Part shown: positions 18,907 to 29,750 of the stretch, piece by piece
Layout of the letters: each line of letters opens with the position of its first letter
Numbering within the stretch: position 1 is the stretch's first letter
Origin: Anolis carolinensis
Lineage: Eukaryota
NCBI RefSeq assembly: GCF_035594765.1
Contig: NC_085842.1
Span: 86,590,782 to 86,654,781 of the forward strand
Length of the DNA: 64,000 bases
Direction: 5' to 3'
Notes under the pieces: model-generated
Told to the model about the DNA's origin: nothing
Seen by the model: only the letters and a program-made list of their open reading frames with translations
Database searches by the model: none
Position numbers and translations under genes: made by a program

Positions 18907-21900
18907 ATGGCCCTGGAACCTGCACCTTGCACCATCAAAAGCCCCGTGGCACTTCAAGTGGGAGACATGAGGACAGAACTTGGCCGGCCAGGAGTGATAG
19001 TGACCGACGTTGTGCTCCCTCATTCCCAGGTCATTGATGTAAGTGTCAATACATGAACAGGTGTGGGTGCTGATGGTTGATAGTGCATATATGTTTGTAG
19101 TCTCTGACCTGACATTAGCCTTTCAGTTGGTTTAGAGCAGAGCTTTCCAAACTGTGTGTCGCAACACAATAGTGTGTTGGCTGCAGCATGAAGATGTCAC
19201 ACGAAAGTAACAAGCAATTACAAAAATCTTGGAAATGTATGTTATCATATTACAAAACATACAATTTAAAAATAGATATATAAATGAAAGCTTTCGTGGT
19301 ACATGTTGCATCCCCATACATTTCATTATTACAATTTTTGTATTTGTCCGTATCTCTTATAAGGGGTTGATTTAACCTCCGTTTTGCTAGTAAAACTGAA
19401 TTACTGTGACATGAAACGATGCATGTCTAAAAAGCTGTCACCAACTGTCACTGTCACCAACATGAAAAGCTTGGAAATCTCTGGTTTTGAGTCTTACCTG
19501 TGAGCCTTAAAAGTCTCTACTTTGAAATTTGTCTCTGTAATCAATTCACTTTATAGCTGTAGGCAAAATTCTCTACTTGTGTTTCTGGAGCACAGAAATT
19601 GTCCTGCTGTCTTTAATACTGAGGGCTGCTGAGCAAGGGACTGAGGAATTCCTAAAACATTTCCCTGCAGTATGTTGTGTATTGTTTTTATGACTTTAGG
19701 GAATTCATTTATCTCTTATTTCAGTTACAGGAAATTATATTCAAGAATTACTATACAGCCTTTTTTACTCTCCGGGTGCAGCGCCGCAGCCTTGCAGATG
19801 GAGGAAATGAAAGCCCTTCCAAATGGGTTACATGTCTGAGGAACTACTGCTTGATGCCCAATCCACACACAGAGGAAGGTTCTCAGGACTACTTCTCCTT
19901 GTCTAGACATCAGGTCAGGACTTCAGCTTAAATTGCCATTGTGTGCAGTTGGTATATTTATTTATTTATTTTTATTTGCATCATTTCTATCCCGCCCTTC
20001 TCACCCGAAGGGACTCAGGGCGGCTTACAAAACTGGCAGAAGTCTCTTTGGCCAGTTATATTGTTTCCTGTCTGATCTAGCAAACTGCTGTCTACAATAT
20101 TTTACTCTGTAAGTTTCCCTTTTTGATATGACATTCCGCAGAAAGGAGAAAGCACAGTATTAATTCTTATCAAAAAGGAACTGTCCCCTTCTCTATCTCA
20201 TCTTTCCTCTGAACTGGAAAAAAGCCGCAGCCAATAAGAGGATAAAGGGATAATTTAAAACTACTGTTGCAAAAAAGCCAAGAATCAAATTGGCTGTCTA
20301 TAGCCCATGTTTAGAATGTAATCTGATGCCAGCTTCATAGTTTGACCAATAGCCATGTTCTTTCAGATTCCCATTTTTTTGTTTGTGTTATACAGGGGTC
20401 CTCAAACTTTTAAAGCAAAGGGCCGGCCCACAATCCTTCAGACTGTTGAGGGGCCGAATTATCATTTGGGGAAAAAAAACCAAACAAATTCCTATGCACA
20501 CTGCACATATCTTATTTGTAGTGCAAAACAACAACAATAACAATGAAAGACTAATACAATATTTAAAAATGAAAATAATTTTAACCAACATAAACCTATC
20601 AGGATTTCAATAGGAAGTGTGGACCTGCTTCTGGCCAATGAGATAGTCAGGTTAATTAGGATTGTTGTTGTTGTGTGTCTTCAAGTCATTTCAGACTTTG
20701 GGCGAGCCTAAGTCCAAAATTATTTATTTATTCATTTACTACATTTATTTACTACATTTATATCCCACCCTTCTCACCCTGAAGGGAACTCAGAGCAGCT
20801 GTATGTACATACAATATATTATATTATTAGCATAGCACAATATTAGTATTATACATTACTATATTGAACTATACCACTGTACTGTAATATTATATGTAAT
20901 ATATAACATATAATTAATATTATTATATGGTATTATTATTAATATTATATTGTATAAAATGATAATATTATTATTAATATCATATGTATATACAATATAT
21001 TATATTATTAAAACTGATATAAAAATATTATATTATAAATGATGGCAGGGGCCAGGTAAATGACCTTGGAGGGCCGCATCCGGCCCCCGGGCCTTAGTTT
21101 GGGGACCCCTGGTGTTATACATGAAGAAGCATTTGAAGAAGTGGGGAGCTTATGCAACATTTTATGATCTTTGAGTTAGTCTAACGAGCATTTCCAAAGG
21201 GGAAGTCGTGATAGTATGTTACAGTAGAAATTACAAAAATTTCTGTGGCATACTGAAAATCAATATATTTCTTAACATGGATCATAGATAATTTCATCAG
21301 ATGTCTGAAGTTTTATCCAGTATTTCTAATGTGCATATGGTTATGAAAGTAATGGATTGTAATCAGTGAGGTCAGGGTGAAAGGACAGGTGCTTTTAGGG
21401 TTAATATAAGCGATGCATGGGCAAACTTCATCCCTCCGGGTGTCTTGGACCTCAACTCCCAGAAATCCCAGTCAGCTTACTGCCTGTTAGAAATTGTGGG
21501 AGTTGGAAGTCCAAAACACCTGGAGGGCCAAAGTTTGCCCATGCCTGATAAGCCATTCACTTTTGTATATAGCGTGACAATTCAGGTGCTAGATTAATTT
21601 ATGGAACACAATAAGAAACTTTCATCCCCTCCCTCTCATTAGTTAAGTCCCAGTCTATTCTTACAATGACAGCTATTGCTAATAATGGCTTGCCTCCTTT
21701 CTTTTGCCAGATGCTTTGTGATGTGGATCGGGTGGCTGCCATACGTCTTATTCTGCGCCAACCCTCTCCAGTATGGCTGCATTTTACCATTGAGGAGCTG
21801 CAGTTTTTCCCTGGAGGTCTGAAGGTAAGCTCCCATTTTTCCTAATAACATCTTTCCCTTCTTTAGCCATCCTCTCTGATTTGATTTGATTTTAAAAAAT

Positions 21901-23828
21901 CTTTGGAACAGAATCTGTGAGCTGACAATGAATTGGATATAGGCTTACTCTGTTTCACGCTTTTCCAAGATGTTAAATTACATGAACTGGAGAAGATACT
22001 GTGCCTATTTCTCTTTCTGTATGGTAAAGTTGCCAGGAAGGATATGGTTCTCTAATGGAGACTCACGTCGTTAATCAAACCTAGCTTCCAGCATCTGTGG
22101 AGCAAAACTGATTGTCTTCTCAGCTGCTTGTCCTGGATATTCTTTTGACTTTCCAGTGTGACCCAACTGTTAAAACTGTCTCCTCCACAATATCCCATTT
22201 GTGAAGGAGCTTTGTCATCCATAGAAGAAGTGTACTGTTTGCTTTCTTGTTCTGTGTTCCATGCAACTGAATTCACATCCTGAGTATGAATGCAGCTACT
22301 AGAGCCTTTCTGTGTGAACATGGGATGCAATAGTTAGCCATGGTTTAAACTCCTTACTTAGAATAAGGTTTGCCATTGAAATTCAAGTAGAGGAAAAAAA
22401 ACAGGACCTCAGACACTGTATCTCTGAAATGATTGCAAATAATCCCTTCGTCACTGTATAAATAATAATTATGTATTTTCCTGGGACAATAAAAACATCT
22501 GACCTGTCTGTCAATAGGCTCCTCTGATAAACTGATTGTGTACGGTATTATGTCTGTATCTCTGCCTGCATTTCTGCTGAAGCCTTCTTTTCTCTTCCAG
22601 AGTCCACAGAAAGGCTTTCCAGCTTGGCTCTCTCATCCATCTCCTCAGGAACGGCCAGCAAACCTGCATGAGGTAAGTATTATGGATACTGAGGCCTCTC
22701 TTCTAGTGAGGCATGTTTCTAGGTGAAGATCCCTCAAAATAATCAGTTAAAGATTGGTGACAGGCTCTTAGTGGGGAGTGGTCTTTGAAAAGATGTGAAG
22801 AAGTATCCAAAAATTAGGAGGAGAAATTGCCAATCTGAATATGATTGCTCTTTGCTTCCAGGATCTGCCTGATGCTGATAAAGTATCTTCTGAAGTGCAG
22901 CAAATGTGGGTCCTAACAGAGATGCTCCAAGCCAGCCAGCCAGCATCACGGATTGGGCGCTTTGATGTTAGTTTCCTTTTGCTTGCTGTCATGGTTGTTC
23001 ATTCCTCATTTAATAATTAGCTAGTCTGGTTAAAGATATGTTCCTCTGGATAAGTAGGCTACCCTTCATCTTCAGATTATACATCCAGGCATTACTGACT
23101 GAAATGACATGAGAAGAGCCTTGTTGAGTTGAGCTCTACTTACATTAGATGTAGACGTTGTGGAAATCTCTAATGGAGGGAATTTCTGGGTAGTGTAAAA
23201 TTTATACTTGTTCTTCTACAGTCGGAGTAAAGAAAATTCAGCTCATATGCAGCATGTACTGTACTTTTCAAAAAAATTAGCAAAATGCTTGCTTGCCCCC
23301 AAAGCACCGTGTTCTGGAGCTAAAATAGCCCAATGAGATAAAAACATTGTGAAAAACACCTTGACTTCTGGAGAGTGTTGTGAGACATTCTGGAGGGAAA
23401 GGGTTTTTTCCCTGAATGTGCAGCCAGGAGTATAATTTTTCAGGGTCCCCTGGTCATTTTTGTGTTTCCCGGTTCTTGATAGTTCTACCCATTGTACATA
23501 GTTTAAGGTGACTTCTACAAAGCTTTCCCATTCTAACTGGCAGTGAGGGAGCGGGCAGGGGGAGGAGCAGGAAAGAGGAGAAAAGCTTGGAGGAGGGAGG
23601 AGGAGGAGGAGGAGGAGGAAAGCGCAGAGCCCCTCTGTATGCCCCAAGGACTCTGTGGAGCACACTTTGAGAACCGCTGTACTAGACTATTGTAGCTCTA
23701 GTGAGCACAGGGTCTGTTGAGAATAGAAATAACAATCATAAAGTTTGCTGAACCTTTGCTAAAATAATAATCTGTATCTGTTTCAGGTTGATGGCTCCTA
23801 TGATCTTAACCTCCTGTCCTATACTTGA
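18907..23828 (+). CDS. NICN1: Nicolin-1 (tubulin polyglutamylase complex subunit), 6 coding exons, 217 aa (220 aa if ATG 18898 is used)
   Basis: join 18907-19038, 19725-19913, 21711-21824, 22601-22672, 22862-22966, 23787-23828 = 654 nt, all phase-0 GT-AG introns. Contains LQEIIFKNYYTAF, KWVTCLRNYCLMPNPH and LRQPSPVW, and ends RIGRFDVDGSYDLNLLSYT*. Confidence 0.96.
19138..19483. mobile_element. hAT MITE
   Basis: TIRs CAGAGCTTTCCAAACT / AGCTTGGAAATCTCTG. 8-bp TSD gtttagag/gttttgag. Confidence 0.8.
20393..21111. mobile_element. Non-autonomous hAT element (OposCharlie1/OC1-like ends)
   Basis: TIRs CAGGGGTCCTCAAACT / AGTTTGGGGACCCCTG. Perfect 8-bp TSD GTGTTATA at 20385-20392 and 21112-21119. Family name is from recall. 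Confidence 0.85.
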
Positions 23829-25438
23829 ATTCTCCCTGATCCAGAAGTAGGCAAGGAATCTCAGAGGTGAATTTACTGGATAGCATCCCTGCAATTGTGG
23901 GACAGTTTTGTGGCAGAAGAAGAAGTTGAGTTAAATCTGCCAGCTTCAAGTTCCAGTCCTTCCCCTTTCTGTTGTTCAGAGATGTCTTCACTGGAATCTC
24001 TCTCTGTCTCCTCTCAACTAGGTCACATGTATAGAACATTTTTATTTTGCACTAGACCAGGAAAGGTTGGATTACCTGGACAGAAGGTGCCTTACTTGGG
24101 GTTTTCATCTCCTGCTTTGCTTTTCCAAGCCCTGCTCCTTCATGCATGTTTTTAAAGGACAAAACTAAGCATCTTCTTCAAGAAACTAGTACACAGTGGC
24201 AGTTTTTCATTTTGTTAAGGGAATGGCCTTGAGAACATGTTGTTCCTCAGTCCAATGCTTGGAATTCCAGAGAAACTAGAGTTCAGTTATGATTTTCTTA
24301 GCTGTGGCTACCTCACATGTAACCAGAGAGTGTCAGTCTTTTATTTTCAGTATTTTGGAAACAGTGAGAGAAACTTCTTGAAAGCTTATTGGGTCCTTAT
24401 TATTCCCAAAGAAAGGATGGGAAGCAAGTGTTCATTTAGGTGTTTCCTGGCTCCTTTGTGAGCAGTAATTATGAATGAAGGGCAGTCCAATAATATTTGT
24501 GTGAGCACTTGGTGCCTTGTCTTAAAAAAGATGAGAACAAGCTAGCCACTGGTCTATTAGTCCTAGACTTGACATCCTTGAAGCTAGCAGTGACTTTAAC
24601 TGCAATAGTCAACAGTTTTGTGTAGCAAAAATATAAAATGAAAGTGCTAGCTTACAGTTTGTAGGTCAAATTGTAGCTGTATTTTGATTTTCAGTTGAGC
24701 CCCCTTATGATTTCTTATAACAATATACATTTCAAAAAACAAAGTTATGTTGGGAAACCTGCCTGCAAATGTTTTGGAACATACCTTATAGAAAGTCAAA
24801 TTGCATCACAAATAGTTACCACCAATGTATTCCTTAAACTTTTTGTTATTTATTTTCTATTCCAATTGCTTAGCTGACCTCTGTTGTCAATCATTTCTGC
24901 TGGCTGACCAGTTGCACTCCGACACTAACTGTTGAGAATGGCAATTGATTTTTATGGGGAAAGTCTGGGTTCAGATTTCTGCAGTATTCCTACTTTGAGA
25001 AAGGACTTTCAGCTGACCTATTGGCACAGCAAAACTAAAGTTGCCCCTCTAATGGCTACTGTGTCCATTTAGGAAGAGAATATTTGATCTCTTTCCCTGT
25101 TTCTGTTGTGGCACTCTGCTCACAGACAAATGTTTATTTTCTTGTGGTGAATTATACTTCCTGTAGTATCTGTACAATCTGTAGTCATCTGATGCAGTAT
25201 ACTGCAGGACAGAATGAATTACTACAGTATGATCTGCAGCTATTGTATGTTTTTAATGCTGGACATTAGATCTCAGGAGGAACTTTACTCTGTTTCTTTT
25301 ATCTGTGTACTTTCTTCCCTGTTATTTATTATGAACTATTTATGTTATTTATAGCTTGAAAGGACTGCACTGGTCTTCAAAACCATTGTATTAAATCAGG
25401 GTTGATGATGTGTCAGTCTTTCTCTGCAGAAAGTCCCA

Positions 25439-25444
25439 AATAAA
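25439..25444 (+). terminator. Candidate NICN1 polyadenylation signal (AATAAA)
   Basis: AATAAA about 1.6 kb after the stop codon, with ATTAAA at 25390 and T-rich sequence downstream. Confidence 0.5.
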
Positions 25445-26119
25445 TGATAAATCATTTATTTATTTCATGTGCTTATTATAACCATATAAAAGAAAGTATT
25501 AATTCTTATCAATGTAATTAAATATGTTAAGTTTATTTATGAATCTGTGCGGGGGTGGCGACAATGCCAATTCTTTTTCCCTTGCCTGGGAATTAAGGCA
25601 GCAGTGGTATGCTGGAATTATGATTGACAAGTAAATTAGCACAAAAAGGCATCAGTAAGGATTCTGATATAGGAGGTGTTTCAAGGGGGTGACACTATGA
25701 CTTATCACACTGGGTAATATCAAACCTAGTGGCACCATTAGTGGAATAGAGTCACTGAGATAAGAGAGGACTGCAAAACACCCAAGTACAGAAAATAATG
25801 TGTACCTTGAACACCCACTGGGTGAATTCATCACTGTCTCTCAGAGGAAGGCAAAATCTGAATAAATCTTGTCAAGAAAACCCTATGGTATCTTTGCCTT
25901 AGGGTAGTCATAAGTCCGAAACCACTTGAAAATACACAATAACACATTGTTCATTAGCAGATCATAATTAGGTGATAGCAATCATACATGGAGGAACCGA
26001 TTAAGACAAGGTGTTAGGTTGTATTCCTGATTTAGTTCACAGAAGACAATGGACACCGCCATATGGTCCAGTTCAAATCAGATAACCTGGATTTTATATG
26101 GCAGAATAGAAGGGGCCAG

Positions 26120-26370
26120 AGATGTTAAATATGCCAATAATGTCATAGTATTTGCAGAAAATACCAAATACTTGGTACGATGATTGAAGAAAGTCTAGGC
26201 AGAAAGTGCAAAGGCAGGTTTAAAAGTGAACATTATGACAAAACAGTAATGTCTATACATGATTTACATAACTTTAAATCAGACTATTAAGACATAAGTA
26301 TAGTTCATGATTTTTCATACCTTGGCTCAGACATAAGGAAACTAGTCAAGAAATCAAAAGAAGACTAGGG
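26120..26370 (+). mobile_element. Old degenerate RTE/Bov-B reverse-transcriptase fragment
   Basis: Degenerate YA(D)(D)..., ES.KAGL..N and SQEIKRRL motifs. Confidence 0.5.
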
Positions 26371-26496
26371 GTTTGTCTGTGGTATAGAATAGATGTAGTT
26401 TGACACCACTTTACCTGGCTTGATACTATGCTATTCTGGGGGTTGCAGTTGATGAGACACCAGCATATTTTGGCAGAGAAGGCTTAGAGCCACATT

Positions 26497-27655
26497 AATA
26501 ACTGGGGCGGCATACAGGGAGCGTACTACCCCCCTGCTAAGCCAGCTCCACTGGCTGCCAATATGCTATCAAGCTCAATTCAAAGTGCTGGTTTTGACCT
26601 ATAAAGCCCTAAACGGTTCTGGCCCAACTTACTTGTCCGAACATATCTCCTCTTATGAGCCATCTAGAAATCTTAAGATCATCCGAAGAGGCCCTGCTCT
26701 CGATCCCACTGGCCTCGCAAACACGGCTGGTGGGAACGAGGGACAGGGCCTTCTTGGTAGTGGCTCCCCGGCTGTGGAATCATAGAATCATAGAATAGTA
26801 GAGTTGGAAGAGACCTCATGAGCCATCTAGTCCAACCCCCCGCTAAGAAGCAGGAAATCTCATTCAAAGCACCCCCGACAGATGGCCATCCAGCCTCTGC
26901 TTAAAAGCCTCCAAAGAAGGAGCCTCCACCACAGTCCAGGGGAGAGAGTTCCACTGCCGAACAGCCCTCACAGTGAGGAAGTTCTTCCTGATGTTCAGGT
27001 GGAATCTCCTTTCCTGTAGTTTGAAGCCATTGTTCCGCGTCCTAGTCTACAGGGCAGCAGAAAACAAGCTTGCTCCCTCCTCCCTATGACTTCCCCTCAC
27101 ATATTTATACATGGCTATCATGTCTCCTCTCAACCTTCTCTTTTGCAGGCTAAACATGCCCAGCTCTTTAAGCCGCTCCTCATAGGGCTTGTTCTCCAGA
27201 CCCTTAATCATTTTAGTCGCCCTCCTCTGGACACTTTCCAGCTTGTCAACATCTCCCTTCAGCTGCGGTGCCCAGAATTGGACACAGTATTCCAGGTGTG
27301 GCCTGACCAAGGCAGAGTAGAGGGGGAGCACCCTCCCTAGCAACATCCGATAAGCCCCAACTCTTCTGGGCTTTAGAAAGGCTTTAAAGACGTGGCTATG
27401 TGCCCAAGCATTCAATAAATAAAAATTTTAATCGACATGGTCTGAATCAAGGTTTAAGCACGAGGTCCTGGATGAATGGATTTAATACATAGATGTTTTA
27501 AATTTTATAATGTGTTTTAATAGTGTTTTATTAATTGCTTTGTATGTATTGTTTTGCTTTTAATGACTGTATTTTGGGCATTGAATTTTGCTGACTTTTG
27601 TAAGTCACCCTGAGTCCCTTCGGGTGAGAAGGGCGGGATAAAAATGCTGTAAATA
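26497..27655 (+). mobile_element. L2 LINE 3' fragment interrupted by a CR1
   Basis: LSQLHWLPICYQAQFKVLVLTYKALNGSGP up to about 26777, resuming at about 27331 (ccctccctagc...) and running to the 3' tail. Confidence 0.8.
26778..27330 (-). mobile_element. CR1 LINE 3' fragment (young)
   Basis: [21 protein letters not shown]...RRLRGDMI and an (ATTCTATG)n tail. Confidence 0.93.
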
Positions 27656-27890
27656 GAAACCTTATAAAACTACATCTCCCAGAGTTTTATAGCATTGAGC
27701 CGTGACCGCTAAAGTGGTATCAAAGTGCATTATTTTTAAAGCACAAAATACACCCTAGGACTTAGGAAGGTAGTTATAAAGATAATCAAAGGTTAGGATA
27801 TGTGACAGAATACACAGAAATATCCATGCCATGGCATGTCCCATTTCTGTGTATGGTTTTGAAAGCTGAAGAGTAAAGAAAGTGGCTAGG

Positions 27891-28334
27891 AAGGTAAAGG
27901 TAAAGGTTTCCCCCGATATTAAGTCTAGTCGTGTCTGACTCTGGGGGTTGGTGCTCATCTCCATTTCTCAGCCAAAGAGCCAGTGTTGTTCATAGATGCC
28001 TCCAAGGTCATGTGGCCAGCATGACTGCATGGAGCGCCATTACCTTCCCGCCAGAGTAGTACCTATTGATCTACTCACATTTGCATTTTTTCAAACTGCT
28101 AGGTTGGTAATGGCTGTCTATGGAGTCATGCCGGCCACATGACCTTGGAGGTGTCTACGGACAATGCCATCTCTTCGGCTTAGAAATTGAGATGAGCACC
28201 AACCCCCAGAGTCGGACACAACTAGACGTGAATGTCGGGGTAAACCTCTACCTGTACTAGGTTGGCAGAAGCTGGGGCTAACAGCGGGAGCTCACCCCGC
28301 TCCCCGGATTTGAACAAGTTTAGCAGCTCAGAAT
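27891..28334 (-). mobile_element. Sauria SINE containing a second, oppositely oriented Sauria SINE (28108-28256)
   Basis: The inner copy is flanked by a 9-bp TSD CTAGGTTGG at 28099-28107 and 28257-28265. Confidence 0.85.
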
Positions 28335-28336
28335 TA

Positions 28337-29250
28337 CGAGGGTTGAATGAAAAACAATGTCTCCACCTTCGTCACTCTTCAACAGATGGCAGTACTGGTA
28401 TGCGACAGGTACTGGCTTGTTCAGTAGACTTTCCTCTACAGTTCCATTTGGCGGGAAGCCTTAGCATTGAACGGTTGTATTGTTAAAGTGCGAAGTATGG
28501 AACCCTGCGCAGACGGTCGGTCAATGTGACTTAAGCAACATGCAGTCATTGAATTCTTGACAGCAGAAAGTGTCACCCCAAAGGAGATTCATCAGAGAAT
28601 GCAAGCTGTTTATGGTGATTGTGTTGATGTGAGTACTGTGCATTGTTGGGCGAGTAAGTTTAAAGCTGTTGAGGTGGGAAAATCTGACTTGCGTGACAAA
28701 CAAAGAGTTGGACGTCCTGCGACAGCAACCACAGTGTTTCACAAGCAAAAGTTTGACAGATTGATTCAGGACAATCGTCGTATCACTCAGAGAGAAATTT
28801 CAAGCATAATCAGCATTTCACAAGAACATTTGAGTCACATTATTGCTTGGCTTGGCTATCAGAAGATCTGTGCACGATGGGTACCCAGGATGCTGATGCC
28901 TGAAATGAAAGCGCACAGATTTGAAATTTGCCAGGAACTCCTCTCACCTTACGAGAATGAAGGTGACGCCTTTCTCCATTCAATTGTGACAGGAAACAAA
29001 ATGTGGGTACACCATTATGACCCAGAGAAGAAGCGTCAGTCTATGGAATATCGACACAAAGACTTGCCCCAGAAAAAGAAATTCAAGACACAGCCCTCAG
29101 TTGGAAAAACCATGGCAACAGTGTTCTGGGATGCAGATGGTGTTATCCATGTTGATTTCCTTGAATGTGGAACAATAAATTCAGAGCGTTACACCGCTGT
29201 GAACTTTGAAACGACAGCTAACAAGGGTCCGAAAAGAAAAGAGATGCCTT
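28337..29250 (+). mobile_element. Mariner transposon remnant, 3'-truncated, with transposase pseudogene
   Basis: TA|CGAGGG left terminus. Original ATG at 28497 with a TGA at 28527. HTH region, WVPRML motif, degenerate first catalytic motif TGNKMW (normally TGDETW), then MATVFWD and GTINSERY. Frameshift at about 29195. No HDNA or YSPDL motif and no right TIR. Confidence 0.92.
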
Positions 29251-29259
29251 CATCCCTAG

Positions 29260-29750
29260 CACTGGGCTGGCATCCGCAAGAGGGCTCCAGAGCAAGGCCT
29301 CTTTCTGGGGCGTCGGAGGGGCAGGCGAGGGCGCTGACCCATGGCCAGAGGCGGAGGGAGGGAGGGAGGGAGGGAGGGAGGGAGGGGGCGGACTGCATTT
29401 CCCAGGCTCCTCCGGAACCGTGAGCCCTGGGACCGGGGAGGGGCCGAGGAGGCTTGGCTCTCCGCCTCCCTCGGCGCCCGGCGGCTGGGAAAATGTTGCG
29501 CGCCGGAGGCGGAGGGGCGGCGCGGGTGGGCAGCTCCCGGTGGGGCTCCTCCGGGGCGGCGGCGGCGGCGAAGAGGGGCTATGCTTCGGGACAGGTGAGC
29601 GGGCCCCTCGGTCTTCCCCTCCGGGAGGGTTGGGAAAGGTCCCCTTTCGTCGGTAAAGGAGCCCCCGAAGAGGCGCACTTTCTTTCCCAGTGAGCGAAGC
29701 GCTCCTTCCCTCCGGCGCCAGGGCCCTGCTCGTCTTCCCAGCAGAATCCC
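29260..29750 (+). promoter_or_regulatory. AMT CpG-island promoter with (GGGA)7 G-rich tract
   Basis: CpG-rich around exon 1. (GGGA)7GGGGG at 29356-29388, followed by a GC box GGGGCGG. Confidence 0.7.

Noticed and set aside
23220-23679. SPIN-like hAT element (CAGCGGTTCTCAA end)
   Set aside because: Only one TIR is recognisable and the adjacent sequence does not continue as SPIN. At most an unclassified hAT fragment.
28557-29423. NICN1-transposase or transposase-AMT fusion gene (SETMAR-like)
   Set aside because: The nearby AG acceptors (28563 and 28566) need phase 1 but all NICN1 introns are phase 0. The possible donor at 29420 is phase 2 while AMT exon 2 is phase 0. No in-frame splice was found.
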